From: Octopus bimaculoides
Lineage: Eukaryota
DNA: 50,610 bases
Direction: 5' to 3'
Assembly (NCBI RefSeq): GCF_001194135.2
Contig: NC_068981.1
Coordinates: 78,498,114-78,548,723, forward strand
The notes below the pieces were generated by a model that saw nothing but the letters and a program-made list of their open reading frames with translations, was not told where the DNA came from and ran no database searches. Both the position numbers and the translations under genes were made by a program. Within the stretch, counting starts at the first letter, position 1. Each line of letters starts with the position of its first letter. Shown in pieces: positions 1-11,903 of the stretch.

Positions 1-48
1 GCGGACGTTAAACGATGACGATGATGATGATGATGATGATGATGATGA
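1..48 (+). mobile_element. 3' tail of RTE-type (GAT)n-tailed repeat
   Basis: gcggacgttaaacga + (tga)n, the same terminus as other copies in the window. Confidence 0.8.
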
Positions 49-368
49 TAAACAATGTATTTGGTTTGTGGATAAATGCATTAAATAATGTATAGCAATA
101 TATTTATTCTTCAAATCAACACTTTAAGTAGTGTTTAGCTATGAGTTTATTCCATAAATAAACATTTCAAATAATATTTACAGATAAAAAGTCTGATGGG
201 AATTTACTGCTAATATATTTGCCATAACAAGCTTACTGACAATGTAAATCATGAAATCACCCAGTGATGCATCTACCACAATGCAATTATCCATGATGAA
301 TTTACGGCAGATCTTTTTCAGCCACAAACATTCCATCTTTTTGCAAACATGATGTATTCTTTTATTTT

Positions 369-542
369 TTTACTTGTTTCAGTCATGAGACTGCGGCCAT
401 GCTGAGCACCGCTTTGAATTTTTAGTCAAATGAATCGACCCCAGTGCTTCAATTTTTTTTTTTAAGCCTGGCACTTACTCTATTGGTCATTTTTGTCAAA
501 CCACTAAGTTACAGGGATGTGAACACACCAGCACTGGTTGTC
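369..542 (-). mobile_element. tRNA-derived SINE family A, 3' half
   Basis: Reverse complement of the 3' half of the 18107-18500 copy. Confidence 0.75.
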
Positions 543-942
543 ATTATTCATTATTAAAATAATATTTGTAGGAAGGTTTAATATATTAACATTATGAAAC
601 TATGAGCAGAATTTAGGCTAGTTGAAATGCGTCACAATCATATTTCAGCTAGCTTAAATTCTGCTCATACCTAAACACTACTTTGTGCTAACACTTTATT
701 GTTTTGTATGAAACTACTTTTTTTTTATGTTTTCCAAATTCTCATAGACTCTAAGGATCACCAGCATGTTCTGGAAAGATGTATACTTAAGGAAATATAC
801 TCACCTTTTTATTTTGTTCATTTATTTACTAATTTCCATATTTTTCTTTACTCTTTTTCTTTACTCTTTTTCTTTTTAGCTATTACTGTATGCTTTTGTA
901 AATTGTGTTCCTTTTCACTGAATTGTTGCTCTTCTTGATATA

Positions 943-2225
943 CAAGGGGGTACCCAAAAGTAACCAGAAACATTCTCTTTGAGACAAGCCCATTGTAGTT
1001 CAGGCTTCCGTCACTAAAAGCCACTTGATGCAACACTTAGGCATCAATCTGCCAGCCAGCGGCATCAAGTGTGGTCTTACTGCCATGTGGTGTGTCTTTG
1101 TTTTGCAGTGTTTCTTCCTTGTTCATTGATTTTTGTGATGGCTGAAATGTAGGAATAGCATGCTTCCATGAAATTCTGTTTTCTGCTGGGAAAACAGCAG
1201 CCAAAAACAGTTGTCATGCTTCAAACAGCTTACAAGGACACTACTATGAGCAAAACACAAGTTTACAAGTGGTTTTCATGTTTTAAGAATGGTCAATTGT
1301 CCCTTGAATACCAACCTCACTCAGGACAACTGCTGACCTCCCAAACAAATGAAAACATTACATAAATTCAGTGAACTGATCTTGGAGGACCATCGTTGAA
1401 CAATTGACAAACTTGTTGATATGACTGGTATATCCGGGAGCTGCAACGAACGAATTTTGGGTGAGAAATTGTGAATGAAAAGAGTTGCAGCAAAATTTAT
1501 GCCTCACTTGCTCACGGACGATCAAAAGCAATTATGACTGAATGCATGTTGTAAACTCAAAGAACAGTTGGAAGTTGATCCAGACCTTTTTTGAAGGTTA
1601 TTGCTGTTGACAAAAGCTGATGCTATGGCTACAACCCAGAAATGAAGCAACAGTCAAGTCAATGGAAGCATTCAATGTCACCCCCCCCCCCAAAAAAAGC
1701 ATCAAGTGAAGTCCAATGTCAAGACAATGCTGATTTGTTTCATAGATGCAAAAGGAATTGTCCACACTGAATTTGTTCCTCTGATCAAACTGCTAGCCAG
1801 ACATTTTACTTGACAATTTTGAAGCATTTGCAAGATGCGGTAGGACAAAAATGCCCTGACCTGTAGCAAAGTGGAAAGTAGTGGTCTCATCATGACAATG
1901 CACCTCCACACACCACTTTCAGTGTGAGACAGTTTTTGCAATAAATGGCATAACCGCATCACCCACCCTCCCTAGTCACCCAATCTTGCTCCCTGCAACT
2001 TTTTTCTGTTCCTGTGATGAAAAACATCCTTAAAGGATGAGGTTAAGAAATAAATGACGGAGGTAATAAAAGGCATCACTTCACAGGACTGTTTTGAACA
2101 CTAGAAAATGCATGTGGACCAATGCATTGCTTCAAATGTAGAATACTTTGAAGGTGATAAAAGTGTAAACTAAGTGAATAAAATTATATTGCAAAATTCC
2201 AGTTTCTTTTGGGTACTTCCTCTTA
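943..2225 (+). mobile_element. Full-length but decayed mariner DNA transposon (~1.28 kb)
   Basis: Degenerate TIRs sharing GTACCCAAAAG, TA flanks. Transposase remnants: N-terminal HTH (MKFCFLLGK..VYKWFSCFKNG), AKFMPHLLT (WVPHEL-like), HHDNAPPH, HPP*SPNLAPC (YSPDLAP-like). Multiple stops and frameshifts. Confidence 0.88.
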
Positions 2226-2323
2226 TATTGTAATATTTCCAAACACTTGAACATTGCATTAAAACATTGTAACTTTAAAAGATATATATGTTGAGTGTTA
2301 TCTCCTCTGTTCTTCTAATTTAG

Positions 2324-2510
2324 ATCAAATATCAAGCTGTGGATAAAGGAATGGTGCCAAAATTCCAAACTGTGAATAATGAAACAAGGCAATATGAATT
2401 GCATAACCTGTTGAAGTATGTCAGATATCAGATAAATGTGCTTGCCTTCACTAAAATGGGTGATGGTGTGCTCAGTGAACCAACACTATTTATCAAAACT
2501 AAGGAGGATG
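2324..2510 (+). CDS. sdk: sdk exon (FN3 ~7 C-half) IKYQAVDKGMVPKF...MGDGVLSEPTLFIKTKED
   Basis: tttag|ATC acceptor, GATG|gtaagt donor, 187 nt, phase 0-1. Confidence 0.92.
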
Positions 2511-3019
2511 GTAAGTGGCCTAAAAAATAGCATAGATGCATGTTGGGGTGCCATGAAATAAAAAGTGGAAAGACTTGTTTCTTTTTCTGAATGCAAGAGA
2601 CAAGGCTTCAAAAAAAATTGAAGGAGAGAAATTATAAAGAGCTGTTATACCTTTTTTTTTAAGAAAATTGAAGTGTAGAAAAGTATTCAACTTTAATATA
2701 AAGGATTTGGGATGAAAGGATGGATTGTGGAACTTGAACAATGGGTGAGGTGACACTGAAGAAGTAGAGAGGGTCAGACCTTAGTCAGAATAAAGAAGAG
2801 AAATAGAGGAGCTAGAAGTGACAGAAGAGAAATATATGAAAGCATTTCAGGCTGTGATAGTGAGAAAAATAAAGGATAAGTGGTTATAAGAAAACAGTTT
2901 TAAACTGTACGGTAAGGCATTGTTTTCCAAACTGAATGTAAAAGTTAGATTTGGCTGTGATTATGTTGGGCCAACCCATGACAGATTTACTCTACATTCA
3001 AAATTGGGAAGTTCATTGA

Positions 3020-3480
3020 AAGTAATATTACTGCACTGAACTTTATCGAAGCCATTTTTGTCTCTGGCATGAGAGCCTGCTTGCTCAGTTGATTATTTAT
3101 GGCAAACATCCATTTTCTCATTTCTTGGTTTGGAAGCCACTTATTAGTGTCAGCATGTGCCTTTGGGGATTCTTTCTGAATCACATTACTGTACTCTAAG
3201 TTTTGGTGATGTCCCCTATCCATTTCCTATTATACATTAATGATCTACCTGATGTTTCTTCTAACAACACACACACACCTAAGTGGATGATACCACCCTT
3301 CACTTCCAGCTTATCCTCTGCACACAAATACCATCTACAGACAACCTAAACACCTCATTCTGAACAGACACTGAAACAATGAGCAGAGACCTTAAGGACA
3401 TCCTTCAACAGAAACATGACAACCTTATATCCTTCAACATCTCAAAGACGAAATAACTCCACATATTAAAAGAACGAGAT
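3020..3480 (+). mobile_element. Highly decayed CR1/Jockey-like LINE RT fragment
   Basis: Frame-hopping remnants resemble WHE.LL..L..YG..P.LISW, NDLPD..DDTTLH and LISFNISKT. Confidence 0.5.
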
Positions 3481-4218
3481 CAATATACCTTCACTTCTCT
3501 TGTTTCCAACAACACAAAACTTAAAAACCTTCAAATTCACTACACATGTTAGGTTTTACAATTTGTGAACATGTATATGACATTACAAAAATCCCATGAC
3601 CAATGATAGGCTTATATAAAATTTCTGCATTGTTTAAATATATTGTAATGAATTTCATGTTTCAAAATGTTGCTTCCTTTTAACTCAACTGGATATATAT
3701 TGCTACATTGTAAGGTTACATATATGAACATCTGTAGCTGTACACAGATATAAAGTTATAGAAAAGCATATTTTTTTTGCCTCTTTAGTCAATTTATCTA
3801 TTAAGTTTATTTAAAAAGCTATGCTCAAGCACCATTTTTCCTTACATATTTTAATGACTCACTTAGAATGCAATTACGTGCAGGTGTATATGTGATAAGA
3901 AGTTGTGTCCGTTGCTGAAATTCATTGAAGGCTTTTCAGACAATACAGGGACAGTACACTACCACGTAGAAGTGCATGCACATCATTGCCATCTCTCAGA
4001 TCAGTGCTCTTTGTTCTTCTTTGTTGCACATTGCTAGTGGAATGGCCACGCTTACAGGAAGAAAAATGGCAGGTTCAGGCTCAAACTTTGATCACGTGAC
4101 TACAATAGTACCAACTCTAAGCACGCATGCACAGAAGGCGGTTTGACAATAGCAAAGATATGTTATGGTGAAAGTGCGGATAACTTTTTACTTCCCCTTG
4201 CATATATACATAGAGATA

Positions 4219-4745
4219 TCTATATATATATATACAAAACAGAGAATGTTTGTGTGTGTGTCTGTGTGTGTGCATCACTAAACTCGAGAACTACCCAACC
4301 ACTTTCATTCAAATTTTATACATACCTTACTTAGGGTCATGCCTAATGTGAGACCAGACCAATCTCTTATCGCTTGCACTATTTCAGTATTACATGTCAA
4401 AAGTGAAACAATGATATTTTTATTGTAATGTGAGATACTTTCAGTGTAATAGTTACACTATTAATACTGAAACTATTAAATTGAACCTATTATCTCATAT
4501 ATATATATATATACATTATGTATATATATATCTATATATATAAAAATGAGAATGTCTGTCTGTCTGTCTGTCTGTGTGTTTCCCTAAAACTCGAGAACTA
4601 CACAACCAATTTCATTCAAATTACATGTCTTACTTAGGGTTCCGGTTGTGTTTTAGTCAAAAAAAATGTTTAACTTCTTGCAGAGTTCGAGCCCACGGCA
4701 ACATAATATCTCCTCCACTATTTATGTGTATATATATATTATGTA
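4219..4745 (+). mobile_element. Two tandem copies of a Helitron/Helentron-like non-autonomous 5' end (4219-~4340, 4531-~4745)
   Basis: Both start A|TC-TATATA..AAA, then GAGAATGT, a (GTCT/GT)n tract and AAACTCGAGAACTAC..AACCA.TTTCATTCAAATT..CTTACTTAGGG. Confidence 0.55.
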
Positions 4746-5181
4746 TATATATATATATATATATNNNNNNNNNNNNNNNNNNNNNNNNNNNNNNNNNNNN
4801 NNNNNNNNNNNNNNNNNNNNNNNNNNNNNNNNNNNNNNNNNNNNNNNNNNNNNNNNNNNNNNNNNNNNNNNNNNNNNNNNNNNNNNNNNNNNNNNNNNNN
4901 NNNNNNNNNNNNNNNNNNNNNNNNNATATTTGATCCTTTATATTGAACACTCAATATTTCATCTACATTCAATACTTTATTTCATGGTGCCATCCATTTT
5001 TATTTTATTTTATTTTATATTATATATTGTATATTCCATATTCTATACCCCACATTGGTTCTGCAGGAATATAAATAAAACATAAAAAAAAAGTGTTGGA
5101 ACTCTTTTAAACAAAATAATATATATATATTGTGTATATATATATATATATATATATATTATGTATACACGTGAAAAAAAT

Positions 5182-5288
5182 ATTCGAGCGAGGTCGTTGC
5201 CAGTGCTGCTGGACTGGCTCCTGTGCAGGTGGCACATAAAAAACACCATTGAGCGTGGCCGTTGCCAGTACCGCCTGACTGGCCCTCG
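5182..5288 (+). mobile_element. Internal fragment of RTE-type 3' UTR repeat, no tail
   Basis: cgagcgag.tcgttgccagtg..ggactggctc units as in 8329-8672. Confidence 0.75.
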
Positions 5289-5289
5289 A

Positions 5290-5620
5290 AGAAGAGTTAA
5301 TCTTTGATCTGCAAGATATGTTGCATGCAAACAATAGATACATCAGAAGCGTCTAGTATACATTGGAATCTGCACCACCCACTGAATACAAGATAGTTAT
5401 TTATGCAAACAAAAAGCTTATTGCTGAGCACAGGGGCCGCTACAATGCCCCTGCTGAAAATGAAGTAGCAGCTATTATTACAGGCGACGAGTATGGAAAG
5501 CGAGATATTATTATTCAAGGAAGAGGAAATAAGATTCAGCAGATAAATGCAACCCACCAATCATAGGATGCAATCCAGTATCCATCAATCTGTGTATTTG
5601 ACCATGATGGGTATCATTTT
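5290..5620 (+). mobile_element. Helitron Rep fragment (pseudogenised)
   Basis: LQDMLHANN..HRGRYNAPAENEVAAIITGDEYGKRDIII..INATHQS*DAIQYP..DGYH matches the Helitron RepHel N-terminal motif RYNAP..EVA..RDII..H.SYD.LQYP. Confidence 0.8.
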
Positions 5621-5712
5621 GGTATAAAAAAAAAGAAAAACATATGTAATTTCCTTCAACATATGTGATAGAATTCATCTCCCATCATAAAAGTGGTAAA
5701 TTTGGTATTTTC

Positions 5713-5761
<49 letters not shown>

Positions 5762-6517
5762 GTTATTATGAATTCAAAATTGATTTCCCAATTGAAAAAT
5801 AAATTGAATTTAGAATAACAACTTTCTATACAATCTATTTTGCTTTTTTCATTCCCAGGCAACACTCTGTGTGTGTGTGTATGCGTGAGTGTAAAAATAT
5901 ATATGTATATATGTACATGTGTGTGTGTGTGTGTGATTCACCCTGAGTGATATAGATATAGAATGTATCAAACTGTCTACAAGCCGCCCCCAATCCTTTA
6001 AATAAATGAGACGATTAACCTTTAATCTAGTTATCTTCTAACCATAGGCTGTACAAACAACTGCAGAAAATTGGGTGGGATGCCAACCAACGTCTCTCTG
6101 TGGGTGTATGTGCTCATGTGAATGTACCTATATGCCTCCTGACATAAGCTAGCAAACATGATAACCTTTCATCCTAGAAACTTTAGCCTGCATATATATC
6201 TTTTCTTTTCCTTTCTCTTCTTTCTAGTACAATTCCTTTCTCTTAAGCCTAATGTAATTCAATCCCTCCGTGTCTATCTCCTATCTACTTCCCCTGTAAA
6301 AAATTTGATTGTTGTACGAAATAATGATTAATACCAAATGCATTTTTTGGTTACTTAATCCATTATCATTATCTTAACTAACACTACAGAGTTCCTGCAG
6401 TAGATTCCAATGGAAATATATCCCGACTGCAGATGACACCAAGTAGCCCAAACTGTGCCAGTGCTCTACTCAACACTTCAACACACTAATCGACATATAC
6501 CCATTAGTCCAAAATAT

Positions 6518-6572
<55 letters not shown>

Positions 6573-6577
<5 letters not shown>

Positions 6578-6793
6578 TAGCATTTAAACCGGCCATATCC
6601 GGCCAAAAGTATTCTGCCTGTTTTATGTTCAAACTGGCCAGATCTGGTCTCTCACACAAACCCTACAATATCGTTTTTAAAATTAACAACTGCCTCATCA
6701 AAATCTCATAGCTACAAGATAATGCATAATTAGTTCAAAACAATGTGGATGAAAAAGCATTAATTTTGGCAGAATAATGTGAACACTAAAGGG
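6573..6793. mobile_element. 221-bp MITE with CCCTTTAG..CTAAAGGG termini (piggyBac-type ends) in a (TA)n tract
   Basis: Perfect 8-bp TIR, flanked ATAT/ATAT. Confidence 0.65.
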
Positions 6794-6925
6794 ATATATA
6801 CACACACATACATACTTTCATTCATGTATATATGAAATAAGAAATAATGAACAGCCCTAAATAACATGATAGCCTGTGAACACATTGATATTGTATCAGT
6901 AATGTCTGTTTCATTTATTTTTCAG

Positions 6926-7222
6926 TTCCTGATCCACCTATTATAATATACTTTCCTACTGTAACATATGAAATGGCAAAAGTGGTATGGGCACCTCCAA
7001 AGAAGCCAAATGGCATCATTCTGAAATACAGAGTGTCTTACGGACTAAAAGCTAACTTCAGTTATCAACAACCAAATTATACAATTGTAAATGCCAATGT
7101 AAATAACTTCACAGCATACAACCTCAAAAAAGAGAAGTATTATATTTTCAGTGTTGCTGCTAAGACTGCTCTTGGCTGGGGAAATGCAAGTGAAGTTTTG
7201 GTATTCACTACTGCTAAAAGAT
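6926..7222 (+). CDS. sdk: sdk exon (complete FN3 ~8) VPDPPIIIYFPTVTYEMAKVVW...EVLVFTTAKR
   Basis: tttcag|TT acceptor, AGAT|gtgagt donor, 297 nt, phase 1-1. Confidence 0.95.
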
Positions 7223-8328
7223 GTGAGTGATTTCATTTTTTACCAATTATTTTTTTAAGCCACTTTAAAAGACTTACAGAGGGGGAATGTTGGTAAAAGT
7301 TACCCACTGTAGTGAAATATGGAATATCAGAAGGTATTTTTAGTACAAAATATTTTAATCTATTAAAAGATAATGAGAGTTGACGAGTCATGCGAGCAGA
7401 ACCAGTGTATGTTCATGAGTCAGAGAAAGCTTTCTAACTTACATTTAAAATATGGATTCAGTTAGAAGTTGTTATAAGCTAACAGAAACTCAGCATAGAG
7501 TTGTGGGCTGATGGCATTCAGAAGTTCATGGAGCAAAGTTGGCATAAATAGAATAGGCTGTTTGTGATGTGTTCAAAGTTGTGAGCAGATATAATTCAGA
7601 GCTAGCAGTGCGAAGTTGGTATGAAAAACAAAGAGGTTGTTCCAATGTTGCACATATGCTGTCTTTCCGCTAAATTGTTAAAATGCCCACCTCTCTTCTT
7701 TGGCAGAGAACTGCTTTTGGTATTAATACGAACCCAGCCATGATTGGCTGGAGTTTGCCGTAGCACCACTATGCTACAAGGCAATAACAAAAATAACTTT
7801 CCTGACATGTTACAAACTAATACTGTATTTTCCAGCATACTTGTCAGTGTAGTACAATATTGTAAACATGTTGAGTAAACATCCAAACATCATTGTTATC
7901 TTTCCAAATCCTGCTGCATTTCAGATAGAAGCTTTGGTCCTCCAAAATCATCTTGTATGACTTGCACTACCTTTTTTGTCTGAAATATTCAAAAAAAGAT
8001 ACAGTATTTTGGTTTTTCTTCATAAGTAATTTTTTTGTTGATACCCTATATAAACATTTACCTGTCTTCCTCCAATAAATAATTTATATTTGATGCATCA
8101 GTGAATTTAAATGATACAGCATATTTTGGAAGAGATTTAGTACAAGGGCAATGCAGTTTTCAACATAACCTTTTGTACTTGATATATGTTAGATATATAC
8201 TGAACGTTGTTGGTTTGTTGGTTGTCATTGTTGTTTAACCCCAAATCAGCTCCTACCAAGAAAACTTGTGATCAGAGACATTCTGTCTATGACCATTCCA
8301 TCTTATTTTCAAGTGTAGTGTATCTTTG

Positions 8329-8672
8329 ATTGCAGCCAAGTGTCGCCTTCCTGGCACGTGTAGAGACATTTGAGCGAGATCGTTGCCAGTGCCCCTGGAC
8401 TGGCTCCTGTGCAGGTGACACGTAAAATACACTATTTTGAGCATGGCCCTTGCCAGTACTGCCTGACTGGCCTTCATGCCAGTGGCACGTAAAAGCACCC
8501 ACTGCACTCTCGGAGTGGTTGGTGTTAGGAAGGGCATCCAGCTGTAGAAATTCTGCCAAATCAGATTGGAGCCTGGTGTAGCCATCTGGTTCACCAGTCC
8601 TCAGTCAAATCGTCCAACCCATGCTACAAGCATGGAAAGCAGACGTTAAACGATGATGATGATGATGATGAT
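8329..8672 (+). mobile_element. RTE-type 3' UTR repeat with (GAT)n tail
   Basis: GCCAGT..ACTGGC subunits, GGAAGGGCATCCAG motif, CATGGAAAGCAGACGTTAAA(CGA)(TGA)n. Confidence 0.85.
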
Positions 8673-9321
8673 TAGGTTGAGGAAAAAGTTTGTGCGCCGT
8701 GTTAAAATAATGCTTTTTTTTAATATATTTTTGTGGTGTGTGTGTTCATTCAGTTCATTATTTTAATGAACTTTTTCCTCAGCCATCACTTATTTAGGTG
8801 GAAGGTTGTTGTTAGAATTATATAGATAGGGTTACTATTTTTAGCAGGTTGAGTGACCACTTAAAGATTCACTCATTTGGTTGAAATTGTTTCTATTTCT
8901 CCCTGTTGTGTGTTTCATATTCTCCCTGTTGTATATTTCAACAAAAAAAATTTTCCATAGAAATTTGATTTTTAACCTTTTTAACCTTATAAATTTTAAC
9001 TGAAATCAAAGTAATACAGAGAAGGAATTATTTCCAGAATTATGGCACAAATGAACTGAAAAGTTTGGTTTTTGGTGACAGGACAGTATTGGAAACAATA
9101 AAAGATTGTAATATATACTTTAAGCCCATTGGATCACTTATTTCAATCATTTAGTCATGTCATTTGACATAAAGTCAGCTCTGACCAATCAAACAGATGG
9201 TCAATGGCATTCCAGCTATGATCAATCCATATTTTGTTTCATGGAACAGTATACCTATGACTACCAATGCAACCTTACCTTTTTAAACGTTTTTGTTGTC
9301 ATATTTCTGTTGGAATACACT

Positions 9322-9660
9322 TCATCATCATCATCGTTTAACGTCCGCTTTCCATGCTGGCATGGGTTGGACGGTTTGATTGAGGACTGGCAAACCAGAA
9401 GGCTGTACCAGGCTCCAATCTGATCTGGCAAGGTTTCTACAGCTGGATGCTCTTCATAACGCCAACCACTCCAAGAGTGTAGTGGGTGCTTTTTACGTGC
9501 CACCAGCACGAGGGCCAGTCAGGTGGTACTGGCATCAACCATGCTTGAATGGTGTTTTTTATATGCCACCAACATGGGAGCCAGTCAGGCGGCACTGGCA
9601 ACAACCACGCTTGAATGGTGCTTTTTAAATACCATTGGCACAGGAGCAAGTCAGGTGGCA
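9322..9660 (-). mobile_element. RTE-type 3' UTR repeat, inverted relative to 8329-8672
   Basis: (TCA)n-CGTTTAACGTCCGCTTTCCATGC start. Confidence 0.85.
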
Positions 9661-10809
9661 ATATAATAAAATAACTATGTCCTTATTAACCTTGTGTTTG
9701 GAATATGAATTTGCATGAAATATGCAAGGTTTTAATTTAGAACACTTTAAAAACAGTAGGTTTATATCATAGAACCAGTGAGTGGTTTCAGGCATGTTGA
9801 TATCAAAAAGAATAAGACAATAAGATACAATATGAGGTAGATTTGGCTGCTATTTCTAGCAAGGTTGGAAGCACTGTAAAAGTTTTCTCATTTGCTCATT
9901 TGAAGTACTGCTCTTGTTGCTTAGGTCCAGTCTAACCCTGATTGAGCATGTTCATGATCCATCTCATCTTATTTTCTTTAGGCATAAAATCTGTAGAACA
10001 ACTTCAACTGTATCCTTTTGCAAGGAGATTTGCTGGATATTTTGGCTGCTATCACTTGAAATTCAATCAAACCTATAGAAGCACTTTCATGAGATTATTT
10101 CAAATCCTGCTGTACTCTTATATCCTGTCACCTTCATTGTATTGTGTCTGTGGCTATGATCAATAACTTTCTACAGTCCAACCTACCTAATCTCCAAGTA
10201 ACACTGATGTAGTAGGTAGTAGCTACAATGCTGTTTGTTTAGTTGCAATGTCAACTTTGCCAGCTGTGTTATGTATAGGTCTTTTGCTTGCTGTGACAGG
10301 AACAATTCCTGCTGAAAAAGAACAAGTGATACAAGCCAATGAAAAAGTGTCTAAATAATTACACAACCTCTGAGAAAAAGCAAATAAATCTCTCTTCATC
10401 ACACTATACTGTGATTCTAAAAAAATAAATTATAAATTAAAAAAAAAAAGACAAGAAGGACGCATTGGGTAGTGTAAACTTAGATACAGTATGCCTGAAC
10501 AAACTACAGGCAGGTTACAGCTAGAATATCTTTGGTCAAAGGTTTGCAAAACTGAGTTTCAACTGAGGTTAATAACAACCACCACCATAGATGTTATACA
10601 GGTGTTTCTTTTCTATCTGTTTGTTATTATGATTCAAAAGGAATTCACTTTTCATAGAAATATAACATTCTTATTAATGTTGCTATTCAGTTATTTTCAT
10701 CTGGTTTCTAATGTCATTTCTCAAAACTACTAATACTATTGTGTCTTTTTTTTTTTTACTTGTTAAAATCATGTACAGTTATTCTCTTATAATGGTATTC
10801 TTGTTTTAG

Positions 10810-11008
10810 ATCCTCCTGAAAGCCCGTCAAAGCCAGTTAAAAGTTCCCGAGTTTGGTCACGATCTATCACCATCAGCTGGCATCATGGTAACGATGGCTA
10901 TGGACCATTACGGAACTTCACTATCCAATATCAGAAAAAATACCAGCAAGGTTGGGACACAGTAAAAAGTGTTGTGCCACCTTCTGTGACAACATACACC
11001 ATTACAAA
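10810..11008 (+). CDS. sdk: sdk exon (FN3 ~9 N-part) YPPESPSKP...HHGNDGYGPLRNFTIQY...TYTIT
   Basis: ttttag|AT acceptor, ACAAA|gtaggt donor, 199 nt, phase 1-2; not in ORF track (no ATG). Confidence 0.93.
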
Positions 11009-11806
11009 GTAGGTTGAGGATTTTTTTTTATTCATAGTTGCTGTTGTTTCCATTGGTGCTGCTTGTCTATTCAAAAATCAAGGACAGTGCTCTTTAGCTA
11101 GCTCATGATGAATGTTGTTGATGTTATGACTTAGGATTGAGGTACGCCTGCTATTTGTGACTACACTGATTTGTTAATCACTGTTTTACTGTATCAGTAG
11201 AAGCAAAATTTGCCTAAGCATGTGATTGATAGTGGATACTTGCTAACAATGACATGCAAAGATGCAGAAATCCAGATTTAGCCATGCCACTGCTAGACTT
11301 TTTGTCTGCTAAATGGTGTACTTCTGTGCTTTATAGCACTATATATCTATACAAGAAGCTTTCTCGAGACAAATTCCACCATGTTGTGGCTTTCTATGAT
11401 ATATCCATTAAGTAAGGTAGACAGCATGATAAAATATAGTGTTTCATTTGCAGAAAAAGTGTTTTTCAATGATTCATTTAAATACAGCAGCACCGGAATG
11501 AGATTTTGTATTTTTACTATTACAAAGCAAGCATGTTAATTCAGCAATTAGCTGTATATGAAGTTCAATAGAATCTGCAAGCTGAAAAGAGTAATCACTG
11601 TCGCAATAAAGTTTGGGGGGAAAAAAAAAAAATCAACCAGAAAATACTTCTAATTTTTAAAGCTGAAAATTCAGTTCTGTATAATTAGTTATTGAATATC
11701 AAATTGAGAAAGAAATAATAACTTTCCTTTAAAACCATTTTGAAAGAGTTTGTAAAAGCATAGTGAAAATAGTGGCTTGTTCTTCCATTCCACTTCTGCA
11801 TTGGGG

Positions 11807-11854
<48 letters not shown>

Positions 11855-11903
11855 TAATAATAATAATGATAATAATATTGGCAGTAATAGTAATAATAAT
11901 AAT
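11807..11903. repeat. (TAA)n microsatellite at the 5' junction of the R4/Dong-like LINE
   Basis: Direct reading. Confidence 0.95.

Noticed and set aside
6130-6470. Possible very decayed hammerheads (CTGACAT..GAAAC near 6140-6190; CTGCAGATGAC..CAAAC near 6425-6455)
   Set aside because: Several core changes plus no convincing stem I; not supportable by eye.
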